64,000 nt of DNA from Takakia lepidozioides (GCA_030704615.1 CM060734.1:48918001-48982000); one strand, 5' to 3'; numbered from the stretch's first letter, positions 1-12,726 are shown. Translations and numbers: made by a program. Notes: a model not told the origin generated them from the sequence alone.

Positions 1-2367
1 AACACCATCACTCGTTAAACTAAGAGTCGAGCCAAGGGCACCCCAAACTATGGGGACTCCACCCCACAATATCTTATTTCTCCTTCATAAGCACACTCAG
101 ATTCTAAGCAGTGAAGGAGTTCGGTCGTGCAGGCTCAACTCGAGAGAGATGAACCGCACGATTGACGCTCTCGTGAAGATAAGATGGTTCAGGTGTCAAG
201 CTAAACTTGACACCTGACTTAACACTTGAACTAAATCCAAGTGTTAAATATAAATAACTAGCTTTATTCTAATTAATTTCACACTGTGTTTATTTAACTT
301 GACAGGGCAACCACATGCAAATTTTGCCAATTTTCCACACGATGTAATAATAATAATGTTGTCTCAAACCGTTGTGTCTATCTATCGAGGAACCAGATAA
401 GTTCACACGAAAAGGTATTTGCAGAAAACCTCGTCAAGAGTTTTCAAGAGTTTTCTATCGGACTTCTATGCAAGGCTCTCACATTACAGCCAGTGATCCA
501 TGAGATCAACTTAAGGTCGGTAGTAGACTTATTAGTGGATCCGACATGCTGAAATTGCAGCCTTCCCAGGCATCCCACACACGGAAATTTCTGCAGGCAC
601 TATACGGATGCGGTGCCTGGCCATGTATCGCACATAGAAAGTCCGGAGCTGCCACTGTTACGTACCAAGATGCCGATGCCTTCTCCAATCTTCAATTCTC
701 TGGGCTGAACCGGGGTTGCAAATGAAACTCTGGACCCGTCTCTTGTTTCTGAAAGACGATGAGCTCATCCTGTCAAGTTTCTTCTTTCCTGTCCCATGGC
801 TCTGCTGAGCGCGCAGGGAGAGGCCATACCCAAGGCCCTTCCTTCTCCTGGTGGTGAACTGGCAGTTGACCTCCAATCATGCAGCAGATTTGCGGAACTG
901 AATTGGACAGCTAGCTTGGGAATGCCGGGCGCGGGAGCCTTGCAAGTTACAGATCTCAATCTACCCAAACGTATAGAGAAGCCCAAGAAAGGTATAGAAT
1001 AGACTTGTAACTCTTTGTGTGCTTTTTGCGTCCCTGCGTTGTGTGCGTCGGAAGCATCCAGCGGGCACGCGACCCATCCCAGCAGAAACCACACTCCTTT
1101 TGGGTGAACAATCCCAGTTGTTGTCATGCAGAAATGTAATCAACGCCCTCACCTTCTGATACACTTCTCTGCTCTCCGTTCTCTGCATTGCTGTGTGCGT
1201 TCGTGAGAGGATGGACTCATAAGACCGTTGCCGTAGCCTTGTGGCCATAGACCCTGCGCCCATTTGGGCGAGAGAGAGAGAGAGAGAGAGAGAGAAATGA
1301 AATGAAGTGAAATTGTACTTGGGCGAGAGAAAGAGAGAGAGATGGGTTGCTCACTAGCCATATCCCCTTATGGATTTTTTGGGAACTTCCTACCGGCAGG
1401 GTGAGAATAGCGTGAAAATCCGCCGCAAGCTGCAAGAGATGCAAGCAATCTCTTTCCGTAGTGTACATGGTGTGACACATTTATGTGGTCCCTGTGAAGG
1501 AGTGCAGAGCCAGTCTCTTTGAAAGAAGGATAAAGGGAACACCCAGACCAATTAAGGTCTACTATCGATTAAGGATTAGCAATCAGGTGACCAGAAGCTG
1601 GCAAAGTTCTCATGTTCTTGCAATTCTTGCATGCAGGTGAAGTAACTAGCATGGAACAGCTCTGGCATGAGTTATTCTCAGACCCTTCACAGTGGTGGGA
1701 CAACAGGTTTAATAAGGTGAGGCTATCTTCATTTTGGGCCCAATAGAGGTGGTCAAGGAGGATTTGCGACTGAAGATGGGATTACAGAATTATCTGGACT
1801 CAATTAATGTCTGTTCAGTTGTTCGAAATATGACGACATTGCTCTTCATGCCACCTTACTGGATCCATCAGTATGTGAGTCAAGGTTGTTGCTGGGTGTT
1901 ATTTAAAAGATTCTTGCACAGTAGTCCATTGTAGCCTGGGTATACATCAGGCTGTGGTTGAAGGTATGGCTGCTGCCCTCTGGTGTTTCTCACAGAGACG
2001 TCGAAGATCACCGGACCTCAGGCATAAGTGCACAAAGGAGGTCCTCTGGATTGAGGGTTGGTCAAACCCACGTTGGGTGGAAGCAGAGTTGGCTGCCATG
2101 CTACAAGGTCGAGCACACTCTATTGATGGTCCTAGTTTCGATGTGCACCATGGAGCTCCACGCCAAGGGTATTGCTATGATAATGATATAAGGGTTCCAA
2201 CTCAAACAAGTAGAATTGGTACATTTTCTCCTCAAGGTAGATGATTGTAACATTGTTCAGATGTAGCAGAGAGCCTCTCCTCCTGAAGAGATTTTCTTTC
2301 AGTATCTAGGAGGTTGAGACATAGCGAGTTTCAGTGCAAAGGCGCTAAGAGTGTTCAGCTATGCAGG

Positions 2368-5217
2368 ATGAGCGGCACGGATCAGGCAAAGTTGATTGTT
2401 GAGCATAAGACTCGCAAAGGGCATAGTACTTCAACCCTCATCACTGCCATTGAAGAGGGCCTCAGAGAGGGAATAAGGAAGAAATCTTCTGCCACTGGCA
2501 GGGATGTACAGACACTCTGTAAGGCAGGTCGTCTCAAACAGGCACTGCACATTTTGAACCAACAAAGCATTCAGGCAGACTCTGATACTTATGTCTGTGT
2601 TTTGGAGGAGTGCATCAACATGAAAGGCCTGGTGGAGGGGAAGCAGGTCCATGCCCACATTGTCCAAAGTGGATTCAAGCCAACCATCTTTCTCCTCAAC
2701 ACCCTGGTCAAAATGTATGCCAATTGTGGGAGCATGGTGGATGCACGTGATGTTTTCGACAAAATGCGTCAACGAGATGTGTTTACATGGACTATAATGA
2801 TTGCTGGATATGCCAAGCATGGGTGTGGTAGGGAGGCTTTCAAGCTCTATGAGGGAATGCAACAAGAAGAGGTGGCACCTAACAGTGTCACATTCATTTG
2901 CATTCTCAAGGCATGTGCCAGCGTAGGAGAACTGGAAAGGGGCAAAGTGGTTCATGCTCACATCATGAAAGCTGAACTCCTGCCATATATTAATTTAGAG
3001 AATGCCCTTGTCGACATGTATGGCAAGTGTGGGAGTATGAAGGATGCACACCAAGTGTTCGAGAGTATGGCTGAAAAAAATGTGGTCTCATGGAACACCA
3101 TTATTGCTGGATATGCTCAGCATGGGTGTGGTAGGGACGCTTTGGACATCTATGAGAAAATGACACAGGAAGGGATGACGCCAGACAGGGTTACCTTCAT
3201 TTGTGTTCTGCAAGCATGTGCCAGCCTAGGAGACCTGGAAAAGGGCAAACAGGTCCATGCCGACATCATTAAAACTGGAATTCCGTCATATATGAATTTG
3301 GAGACTGCCCTTGCCGACATGTATGCCAAATGCGGAAGTATGCAGGATGCGCGTCAAGTTTTTGATAGTATGACTAAACGAGATCTGGTCTCATGGAACA
3401 CGATAATCACAGGATATGCACAGCGTGGATGTTCTATCGAGGCTTTCAAAATATACCAGCAAATGCAACAGGAAGGGTTGACACCTGACAGGGTCACATT
3501 CATTTGTATGCTCAATGCGTGTGGGAACTCAGAAGCCCTGGAAAAGGGTAAAGAGGTCCATGCTGACATTATCAAAGCTGGGATTGCGTCATACTTGAAT
3601 TTGGATAATGCCCTTGTTGACATGTATGCAAAATGTGGAAGCATGAAGGATGCACATCAAGTGTTCGATAACATGGCTCAGCGAAATGTGGTCTCATGGT
3701 GTGTGATGATTGCAGGATATGCTCAACATGCATGTGGCAGTGAGGCTTTGGAAATCTATGAGCGCATGCAACAGTATGGAGTCATGCCTGACAGGGTCAC
3801 ATTTACTTGTGTTCTAAATGCATGCGCTACCCTTAGAGCCCTGGAAAAGGGGAAAGAGGTCCATGCTGACATCAGCAAAGCTGGAATTGTGCCAGATATT
3901 GTCCTGGAGACTGCCCTTGTTGACATGTATGCCAAATGTGGGAACATGAAGGATGCATGTCAAGTGTTTAATCATATGGTTGAACGAGATGTGGTCTCAT
4001 GGAACACCATGATTGCAGGATATGCTCAGCATGGATCTGGTAGGGAGGCTTTCGAGATCTATCATCGAATGGTCTGGGAACAGGTGACGCCCAACAACGT
4101 CACCTTCATTTGCATCCTTAATGCGTGTGCCAGCCTGTCAGCCTTGGAAAAGGGCAAAGAGGTCCATGCTGACATCGGCAAAAGTGGCATTGTGCCAGAT
4201 ATCATTCTGGAGAATACCCTTGTTGATATGTATGCCAAATGTGGGAGCATAAAGAATGCACGTCAAGTGTTTGACAATATGACTCAACGAAATGTGGTCT
4301 CATGGAATGGTATGATCGCAGGATATGGTCAGCATGGGTGTAGTTGGGAGGCCATTCAACTCTTTGAACAAATGCAACAAAAAGGCTTGAAGCCAGATGG
4401 TATTACCTTTATATCTGTTCTCTCTGCATGTAGCCATGTGGGCCTTGTCGATGAAGGCTGTCACTACTTTGATTCTATGAGTCGAGAGCATGGGCTCACT
4501 CCTACAGTGGAGCATTTTGGCTGCATGGTGGACCTTCTTGGTCGTTCAGGATTGTTGGATGAGGCAGAGGACTTCATTAACAAAATGCCGATTGAACCAG
4601 ATTCTGGAGTATGGGGTGCCTTGCTTGGTGCCTGTGGAATTCATAGAAATGTGGAGCTGGGAGAACGTGTGGCGAAGTGCCTTCTCAAATGTGATCCACT
4701 GGATGCTGGAACTTATGTGCTGCTATCAAACATGTATGCTGCAGCTGGCAGGTGGGCTGATAAAGCAAAGGTGAGAAAATTGATGGAGGATAGACATGTC
4801 AAAAAGGAGCCTGGGTGCAGCTGCATTGAGGTAGATGGCCAGTTGCATACATTTGTTGCTGAAGACAAATTGCATCCACAAATTGACGAAATCCATGTGG
4901 AGCTCAAGAGATTGTCTGGGATAATGAGGGAGGCTGGGTATGTGCCTGACACACGCTTTGTATTGCATAATGTGGAGGAGGAGCAAAAGGAGTCTTCTCT
5001 TTGCTACCACAGTGAGAGGCTTGCCATTTGTTTTGGGCTCATCAGCACACCTCCTGGGACACCTATCCACGTCATCAAGAACCTCCGGGTCTGTGGTGAC
5101 TGCCACACCACCACCAAGTTTATCTCTAAGATTGTTGGGCGAGCACTAGTTGTAAGGGATACCAACCGCTTTCACCACTTCCAAGATGGGGTTTGTTCTT
5201 GTGGCGATTACTGGTGA
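2368..5217 (+). CDS. PLS-class pentatricopeptide repeat protein with E and DYW domains (organellar C-to-U RNA editing factor)
   Basis: Uninterrupted ORF with repeated P-L-S triplets (LVDMYAKCG..DA..VF, VVSWN.MIAGYAQHG), E domain, PG box (KKEPGCSCIEV), HSERLA and CGDCH zinc ligands, terminal DYW. First ATG at 2368. An upstream exon carrying a transit peptide is possible (CAG acceptor ending 2366). Confidence 0.96.
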   Translation: MSGTDQAKLIVEHKTRKGHSTSTLITAIEEGLREGIRKKSSATGRDVQTLCKAGRLKQALHILNQQSIQADSDTYVCVLEECINMKGLVEGKQVHAHIVQSGFKPTIFLLNTLVKMYANCGSMVDARDVFDKMRQRDVFTWTIMIAGYAKHGCGREAFKLYEGMQQEEVAPNSVTFICILKACASVGELERGKVVHAHIMKAELLPYINLENALVDMYGKCGSMKDAHQVFESMAEKNVVSWNTIIAGYAQHGCGRDALDIYEKMTQEGMTPDRVTFICVLQACASLGDLEKGKQVHADIIKTGIPSYMNLETALADMYAKCGSMQDARQVFDSMTKRDLVSWNTIITGYAQRGCSIEAFKIYQQMQQEGLTPDRVTFICMLNACGNSEALEKGKEVHADIIKAGIASYLNLDNALVDMYAKCGSMKDAHQVFDNMAQRNVVSWCVMIAGYAQHACGSEALEIYERMQQYGVMPDRVTFTCVLNACATLRALEKGKEVHADISKAGIVPDIVLETALVDMYAKCGNMKDACQVFNHMVERDVVSWNTMIAGYAQHGSGREAFEIYHRMVWEQVTPNNVTFICILNACASLSALEKGKEVHADIGKSGIVPDIILENTLVDMYAKCGSIKNARQVFDNMTQRNVVSWNGMIAGYGQHGCSWEAIQLFEQMQQKGLKPDGITFISVLSACSHVGLVDEGCHYFDSMSREHGLTPTVEHFGCMVDLLGRSGLLDEAEDFINKMPIEPDSGVWGALLGACGIHRNVELGERVAKCLLKCDPLDAGTYVLLSNMYAAAGRWADKAKVRKLMEDRHVKKEPGCSCIEVDGQLHTFVAEDKLHPQIDEIHVELKRLSGIMREAGYVPDTRFVLHNVEEEQKESSLCYHSERLAICFGLISTPPGTPIHVIKNLRVCGDCHTTTKFISKIVGRALVVRDTNRFHHFQDGVCSCGDYW

Positions 5218-5314
5218 AAAATCTCCATCCATGAGAGGAAGTAGAGAGTTAGCGCAGATGGCCCACAGGGGCCCATTAAGCTATGTTTTTGTCCAACTTG
5301 GAAATCGCAGTTAA

Positions 5315-6400
5315 CCCTCAAGTGCCCAGACTCATTTTCCCCCTCTCGCGGAAAAACATGACCCTGGCCCACAAAAACATTTTTATCTGGAAAATCTCTA
5401 TGTCCCTGTAAAACTGACCGTTGGAATTACTTCCCACCTACCCCACCTCCTGCCACAAAAAGTTTCATCAAATTCCAACTGCCAGATCAGAAGATTATAA
5501 AGTGTAGAGTGGGGACAAATAAAACTCTTCACTAAGAAATAGGTGCCAAAACGTATTTGGGCAGTTTTAATTTCTCTTTTTTTGAGAGTCTCAAGAATGT
5601 TGTACCATACCTGATAACACACATCCTCATAATTTTTCCGGTTCTGAAATGTTCTCAAGTGGGCTCCTTTGTAGTGACAAATTGGGGGGTCAAAATATGC
5701 CATTTCCTTGGGTAGGCCAAAATATCTCTTCCTAAAATTATACAAACAAATTCAGCCATTCAATTCCTAATCCCTCCGGTTGAAGTGTCACGAACATCCA
5801 TATGAGATCCTCAAAAAAGTTTGGGACCAATCGGTAACTGCCCTCACATCTTTAGGTTCCCTGCCCAAGACTTCAAATGGCACACCTATGTTAAGCCTGC
5901 AGGCCTAGGATATTTGGAGCCATAGCCCAGAAGGGCAGGGTGCTTGGGAGCTCCTCTGGCTACCCGGCCCTGCTTTCATGGGGGGCCACTCCACTCTCAA
6001 TCCTCTCAAACCCCCGCCCTAGGTTTGGCCCACCCCTCATTGCGTTTTTCTCGACCCCGAGCTCTCTGCCGGCATCGCGGCTGCACTCCCTCCAGCCCGC
6101 CCTGCATGGCGTTCGCCGGAGCTGCCATCGCCGTCGATTCAGGCTAGGGCCCGGGCCTGGGAATGCCCAGACCTGCGCCGGGCGCCATGCCCCTGCCGGG
6201 CAATCAAGGGGTTTGGGGGAGCCTGCCGCCCTAACCTTTATGGGGTATCTTTCAGTCACCCTAACCTGACTGCAGTTGCCATGGCAGCAACTTGGGCAGG
6301 TTAGGGGCCGAGTGTGCCCCCTTCCAATTGGTCCAGACCCGTACCCCTTCAGGCATTGACCAATTGGCCAATGCCATATTTTCTCTTGGGCGTTTAGGGG
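5315..6400. mobile_element. Putative non-autonomous piggyBac-like element (family A)
   Basis: TTAA at 5311-5314 and 6401-6404. Imperfect termini CCCTCAAGTGCCCA / TGGGCGTTTAGGGG. No recognisable coding capacity. Confidence 0.5.
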
Positions 6401-6604
6401 TTAAGCAAAAATCAAACTGATTATATTCAACCAGCAATGTGTAAATTGATTGGTTGATCAAAATCAGTCATTGGCAAGCACTCTATCTAGATTCTTACTA
6501 ACAAGAATATAATACATCAATCTATACACATGTGACCACTATTGGGGGCACCTGAAATAATGTATCATAGTTATGGAATGCAACTGCTTAGTGAGGCCCC
6601 TTAA

Positions 6605-7351
6605 CCCTTAAGTTCCCAAGCCCTTTTTTGACTTTTTACCAATTTTGGGTACCCAGCTGCAGTAAATTGCCCCTAGAAACCTACCAAAAATCATCCGGAG
6701 ATTCCAGCCTTATAGCAATGGCCCAGCTCATTTAGGCATGACATACTAAAAAATGAGCCAAGTCCACCGTGGAAATTGTGAGATTATAGAGTTGGCCCGG
6801 ACCTCAAATATCAGGTCCCAAAGAAAAAGTGAGAAAGAAATTGGTTTGACCAAATCAAAACCTAGCTTTCTCCAATTTTGCTTGCCCCAAGACCCACCAT
6901 TTCCAAATCAATAGTGGAGTGGCTATGACCCCACTAAATTGCAGGTCCAACTGATTTTTTCACCTATGCTTGCTTTGCATGCAATTACATGGGGGTTGAA
7001 ATCTCAAAATTGACAGCAGAAAATGTTCCTCCAAATGAAGTATTTTTTGTTCTACAAATTTTTTAAAAGCCAACGGTGGATGTGTGTATGTAATGCTCAC
7101 ACACCACAAGCTGAAGTGCTTTTTCCAAAACTGCTAATTTTCTGCCAAAAATGGCCTTTGGAGTGCAATCTGTTTTGGGCTTGTTTTTGTAGGTCCTAGC
7201 TTTTGTTTTTTTTAATTTTGTTTTTTGCATCATATTCAGACAAATCCCTTGTCATAAAAGCTTCAGGAGTGGGACCCATCAGACTAGATCTGCAAAAACT
7301 AGGTCGAATTGCAAATTCAAAGTGACCCAGGTTGGCTTGGGAACTTAAGGG
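6605..7351 (+). mobile_element. Non-autonomous piggyBac-like MITE, family B copy 1
   Basis: Perfect 18-bp TIR CCCTTAAGTTCCCAAGCC / GGCTTGGGAACTTAAGGG, with TTAA on both sides (6601-6604, 7352-7355). Confidence 0.85.
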
Positions 7352-7387
7352 TTAAAAGTGAAATATTATGATTTTTTTAAAGCTTAA

Positions 7388-8213
7388 CCCTGAAGTTCCC
7401 AAGCAACCTGAATCGGGTCACTTTGAATTTGCAGGGTCGACCTAATTTTTTGCAGATCTAATCTGATGGGGCCCCACTCCTGAACCTTTAATGACAAGGG
7501 ATTTATCTCGAGTATGATGTAAAAAACTAAACTAAAAAAAAACAAAAGCTGCTACTGACAAAAAATATCTTAGATCTTTAATTTACGTTTTGGGGCCTGA
7601 AAAGGGCTGTTGACCGCTGACGTGGCAGGTAAACAAGCCCAAAACAGATTGCACTCCAAAGGCCATTTTTGGCAGAAAATTAGCAATTTTGAAAAAACAC
7701 TTCAGCTTGTGGTGTGTGAGCATTACATACACACATCCACCGTTGGCTTTTAAAAAATTTGTAGAACAAAAAAGTACTTCATTTGGAGGAACATTTTCTG
7801 CTGTCAATTTTGAGATTTCAACCCCCATGTAATTGCATGCAAAGCAAGCATAGGTGAAAAAATCAGTTGGACCTGCAATTTAGTGGGGTCATAGCCACTC
7901 CACTATTGATTTGGAAATGGTGGGTCTTGGGGCAAGCAAAATTGGATAAAGCTAGGTTTTGATTTGGTCAAACCAATTTCTTTCTCACTTTTTCTTTGGG
8001 ACCTGATATTTGAGGTCCGGGCCAACTCTATAATCTCACAATTTCCACGGTGGACTTGGCTCATATTTTGGTATGTCATGCATAAATGAGTTGGGCCCAT
8101 TGCTATAAGGCTGGAATCTCCGGATGATTTTTGGTAGGTTTCTAGGGGCAATTTACTGCAGCTGGGTACCCAAAATTGTTAAAAAATCAAAAAAGGGCTT
8201 GGGAACTTAAGGG
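7388..8213 (-). mobile_element. Non-autonomous piggyBac-like MITE, family B copy 2 (inverted relative to copy 1)
   Basis: Near-identical reverse complement of 6605-7351 plus about 80 extra bp. TTAA at 7384-7387 and 8214-8217. Same TIRs. Confidence 0.85.
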
Positions 8214-8550
8214 TTAATGTCTTCAAAATATCATATCAATTACAATAAGTATCCATAATTTATGGAAATTTTACCTTGGGTGTAAATCACAATGAAAAAC
8301 ACTTTAGTATATTTAAAAGTAATAAAAAGTTCCTAAGTTGAAAAATTCCATAGAAAACTATGCTGAAGGCTCTTGACCCATTGAATTGGCAATTGCTATA
8401 AAAGATTCAATAATTGGAATTTTGATGACTCGTAAAAGTGGAATCAAGACTAGACTTGATTATCTTTACTTTGTTAGTTCAACTCAAATGCAAAAAAAAT
8501 TGTTTTCAAAGTAAAAACTAAGTTTGACCAGAGAGAAGCCACTGTAGGGC

Positions 8551-8771
8551 CTCTTGGGCGTTTAGGGATTAAGCAAAAATCAAACTGATTATATTCAACC
8601 AGCAATGTGTAAATTGATTGGTTGATCAAAATCAGTCATTGGCTAGCACTCTATTTAGATTTTTACTAACAAGAATATAATACATCAATCTATACACATG
8701 TGACCACTATTGCGGGCACCTGAAATAATGTATGAAGTTATGGAATGTAACTGCTTAGTGAGGCCCCTTAA
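8551..8771 (+). repeat. ~220-bp direct duplicate of 6383-6604
   Basis: CTCTTGGGCGTTTAGGG..TTAAGCAAAAATC...GAGGCCCCTTAA occurs at both positions with few substitutions. Confidence 0.92.
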
Positions 8772-10050
8772 CTATAGTGAGAGGAGAAAATAGCAAATAA
8801 CCTCTCGAGCACAAGGCTCATGGGACACTGCCCAAGGGACAAGTAGGATCTTAATTTATGTTATGGTATACACACAAAAGAAAAGCAAGAAGAAGAAAAT
8901 CAACCGATTATGAGACTTAGAGGTTTTTTTTTCTCTTTTGAGGAAGGTAAGACTAGGGAGCATGACACACCAATCGGTGCTTTGACAACGTGCAAGGTCT
9001 TTTGACCACATTTCCCTGTAGTCTCTCTCTACAAAGAGCCAACAAAGATTTCTAGTCGAATCGCTAACATGTGGGGAGGCTCTATCACCGTTCCGATTAT
9101 ACTCAATGCTCGGATGTGTTAGCTCACTTCAATCTTAGAGAGGATTAGCTGTGGAGGCCTTGGGCTGATGACAACATTCGATTGCAGGACTCGAGAAAGC
9201 CTTGGGACGGCATCGTAGATTCACTTGTATGGGTGGGCTTGCAGAGTAGGATCCCCTACTCACCTATCTGTTGTGCCCCACTCACACCTATTGCTGCATG
9301 GCTCTGAAAAGACCTGAAATGGTGAGTATAGGGAACTGCAGCTTCTTTAAGTGTGTTTTGGAGTCCTTTGAAGCTTGCATTTGGCGCTGCATACCGTTTC
9401 TGTTTCTTTGCATGATTGCTCTTCATACAGTTATGTGCATTTACATGCATTGCGCCATGCCCCTAATCAATGCAGGGAGGAAAGTGCTGCAGAAGAAAGT
9501 GCTGCAGAAGGAATACTTGTCCCGCACCACTCATTTTGGTGATTATTATGGGTTTGTGTGAGCAGGACAGAGAAGAGGGCTATATGTGAGCGAGACCAAA
9601 TCCAAGGCCGGCTTCAACTAGGTGTGATTGAGTATCGCACGCAGGGCTCCTGGGTGTGCCCCTCACTTGCCCTTTCTTTCCTTAACCTAGAGACCCCTTT
9701 TTCTTTTCATAGCTGGTGATGCAAGGTTGTGTGAACACTTGTATAAGTTCAAGCCTGATACATGAAGAACAGGTTGGTCTTAAGACTGTTTCCCTGAGTT
9801 GGTAAATTGGCAGAGGCCTCTTTTTAAGTTATTTGCAATCGAAGCAAGGTCATCTGAATAATTGCATATGTCCCAGTGAAGAACAAGAATGTTGGATGTG
9901 ATTCTCACATAGAGGCTCCAACACATCTAACAGTAGGTGTTGTTCTGTGGAAAAGAGAATACTGAGAAAACTGGTAACGACTATTATATCATGGAACTTA
10001 GCAACGTAGAACTGTATAGAGGAGAGGGTAATGATGGTGGTGCAAAGCAG

Positions 10051-11084
10051 GTGTGCTTTGCAGGAGGACCACGCCAACGGAGACCGCGCCAATGGAATAC
10101 CAAGCAAAGGAGGGGCACCGTGGTCAAGTCTCAGAAGCTGCTAAACCTGGCAAGTAGCTTGAAGTTCTCCTCAACTGAGTATCCCTCTGTTGCAAGTGTC
10201 TTGAGTGGATGGTTTGTCAGAGACAGTGTATGAGTATGGTGTGCTCCTGAGAGATGCCATATTTTCTAGGAAACATTTGCACTACCAACTAGCTCCAAAT
10301 GGTTTGTAGGGTAGAGGATAGTACCAATTTTGTCTCTCTGATGTTTGGGTTGTGGGCCAGATAGCAGCACTGTCAAATGTGAAGGAGGAAGTGTATGGTG
10401 CGCTTGATGCTTGGAGTGCATGGGAGCTAGAGTTCCCACTGGTGGCTGTAAAAAAAGCCTTGACGGTTTTGCAAGAAGAGAAGCAATGGAGACAAGTGAT
10501 CCAGGTGCCATCTTGTCGTGCCTATGCTTACACTTGACTTGTTTTTAGCTCAGTGAACGTGACATTCAAAGTTGCTGCAGTCAGAGAGCAATCAACACCT
10601 GTCCTGTCACAACACCGTTCAACAAGCAGTTGTTATACATGTGGGGGGGTTGGAGTTGTGTCGTAGTTTAAAGGTTCTATTAGGATTATATCTAGAAAGT
10701 GCACACAAACTGTGGCAATGGCAGGTGCGACGCACATGCTGTTTTAGAATAGATACAGACATATAGTGGTCTTAAAAATAAGGAAGGTACACCAGTTGCA
10801 GATGTGGGGTTATTTTCTGCCGAACCAGTGGATTCAGGGCTTGGGTTAAGATGGTGCCAAGCAATTGTGCGCTGATGGATTGACTAACATGACAGGTGAG
10901 CAAATGGATGTTGAGCAAAGGGCAAGGGAAGACAATGGGCACATACCTGCAGCTGCTGCAGGCCTTTGATGAGGAGGGCCGAGTGGAGGAAGCAGAAGCC
11001 TTATGGGAGAAGTTTTTAACAGAACATATGGAGTGTATCCCGCGCACAATGTTTGGTCGATGTATGAGCACCATAATCAGCCCA
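10051..11084 (+). pseudogene. Truncated small PPR-like gene (At4g18975/At4g21190-like)
   Basis: Exons ~10051-10149, 10361-10504 ([30 protein letters not shown]) and 10896-~11084 (KWMLSKGQGKTMGTY). The first intron has a GC donor (GCAAGT, 10150). Coding similarity stops at a CACTA-like insertion and I cannot find the downstream exons. Confidence 0.72.
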
Positions 11085-11599
11085 CACTACGCCAAATCAT
11101 GGTTTTTCTGACTCTTTTTTTGGAGAGACATGGTTTTCATGATTCGAACCATGACTCGATGTAGTCATGGTTCAAAAATGTCATGGGTGTGACCGAAAAT
11201 GACCAAAAAGGGTCATCTATATGCCTCGATCCCGGTCAACGTCGTTTGACTCTAATAGAATCAAGATCATGGGTCACGCAGATGACTCTAAACAATAATG
11301 CAGATGACTCTAAATTTTTTGATTGGTGTAGTCAACTCCCTTTGACCAAGATAAGGTCATTTGCATGACTCTTATGAAAATCCATTGATGGATGATTTCA
11401 TTACATGAATGAAATTTTGATTAATTTCATTCGTCAATTGGATGATTTCATTACATGCAAGGATTTGGATGATTTCATCCATCTATTTCATTCACACGGG
11501 GACTTCGATACATTTCAAGAACACCTTGCTAGCACTCTTCTTCCCACTCCGAGAGCCTACTACCTTCATGGAAGAGCATCAGTATTCTATGGCATAGTG
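11085..11599. mobile_element. Putative non-autonomous CACTA element
   Basis: Termini CACTACGCCA / TGGCATAGTG (1 mismatch), with repeated ATGACTC/TCATGG subterminal motifs. No matching 3-bp TSD. Confidence 0.45.
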
Positions 11600-11744
11600 C
11601 GTTTCAAGTTGCTATGAGTGTCGGTATCTGTTGTTCTCCGACAACAGATATTCGCATTTGGAAGTTCGATCCCTGAGATCTTTGGAGCCTTTTTGTCTCC
11701 GCTCCTACTATTGTTAATCGTAGCTCTTTTATGTGGGATAAGAC

Positions 11745-12555
11745 CAGTGTTGGGCGGTTCTTGCATTTGTGAACGAACCTTCGGTTCCGGTTCCACAATT
11801 ATTTCAAGAGACGGTTCCGGATCCGGTTCCGGATCCAACTTTTAAACATGGGGGCGGTTCCGGTTACCGGTTAGTTGCTGATAAAAACCAGCGGTTCCGG
11901 TTACCGGTTAGTTGCTGATAAAAACCATCAGTTCCGGTTAGGTTCCGGTTCTATTTTTAAAATATATTTGTTTAATTTAATTAGATTTAAAATATTTTAT
12001 CAGTCCGGTAGATTAAATAGCAGTGTATTCACATATTTGAACTAAAATCCAATGATTTTGTTAGTTTTCACTAACACAAAAAAAACAAACAAAAATACTC
12101 TAAATAAACTGGTAGAAGAAAATGGGTAAAATTTTATGGGTTGAAAGTACTATTCAGCTACCTGGCAAGTATTGGCATCTTCAAACATTTTATTAATGAA
12201 CTTAGCCAGGATATCATGGAGCTGGAGATTGAACCCAAGATCTCATGGCGCTGAAGCATTGAACATAGAATCTCATGGCCTTCAAGCATTGAACCCAGGA
12301 TCTCAGGAGCTTGAGAGCATTAAATAAGTTTTGCCCTGGGCCCACCAGCCCCACCAAGGGTCAAGAACCGGAACCTGTTTTTACCCCCCTCCCCGGTTCT
12401 CACACCCAGCAGGAACCGCCGGTTCGGTTCTGCGCCGATCCCCATTGGCAAGTTCCGGTTCCGGGTCAGGTTATGTAGGAATGGGCCCGGTCCCGGTTAA
12501 CCTGAACCTGAACCGGCAGTTAACCTGGGTCCCGGCGGGTAACCGCCCAACACTG
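11745..12555. mobile_element. hAT-type MITE
   Basis: TIR CAGTGTTGGGCGGTT / AACCGCCCAACACTG, 8-bp TSD GATAAGAC (11737-11744, 12556-12563), many GGTTCC/CCGGTT subterminal repeats. Confidence 0.93.
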
Positions 12556-12662
12556 GATAAGACGTTTTTTGTCTTCACGATCGAGAGAGCATCTGAAGGA
12601 GCATGAACAAGAGCTGATCGTCATTTGTGAGCTCCCCCACCCCCCCCCCCTTCCTCTCCCCC

Positions 12663-12665
<3 letters not shown>

Positions 12666-12726
<61 letters not shown>
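12666..12726 (+). repeat. (CT)n microsatellite
   Basis: About 30 CT units read directly. Confidence 0.95.

Noticed and set aside
189-217. 12-bp hairpin TCAGGTGTCAAG/CTTGACACCTGA
   Set aside because: Real, but isolated at the window edge with no context to assign a function.
506-2244. Short ORFs upstream of the PPR gene
   Set aside because: No recognisable domain or consistent exon chain.
2382-5149. Antisense and alternate-frame ORFs within the PPR gene (likewise over MATE, LTP and ENT)
   Set aside because: Shadow ORFs of real coding sequence.
4790-5217. DYW:KP-type (U-to-C) editing factor
   Set aside because: It has a standard PG box, HSERLA and terminal DYW, i.e. the ordinary C-to-U type.
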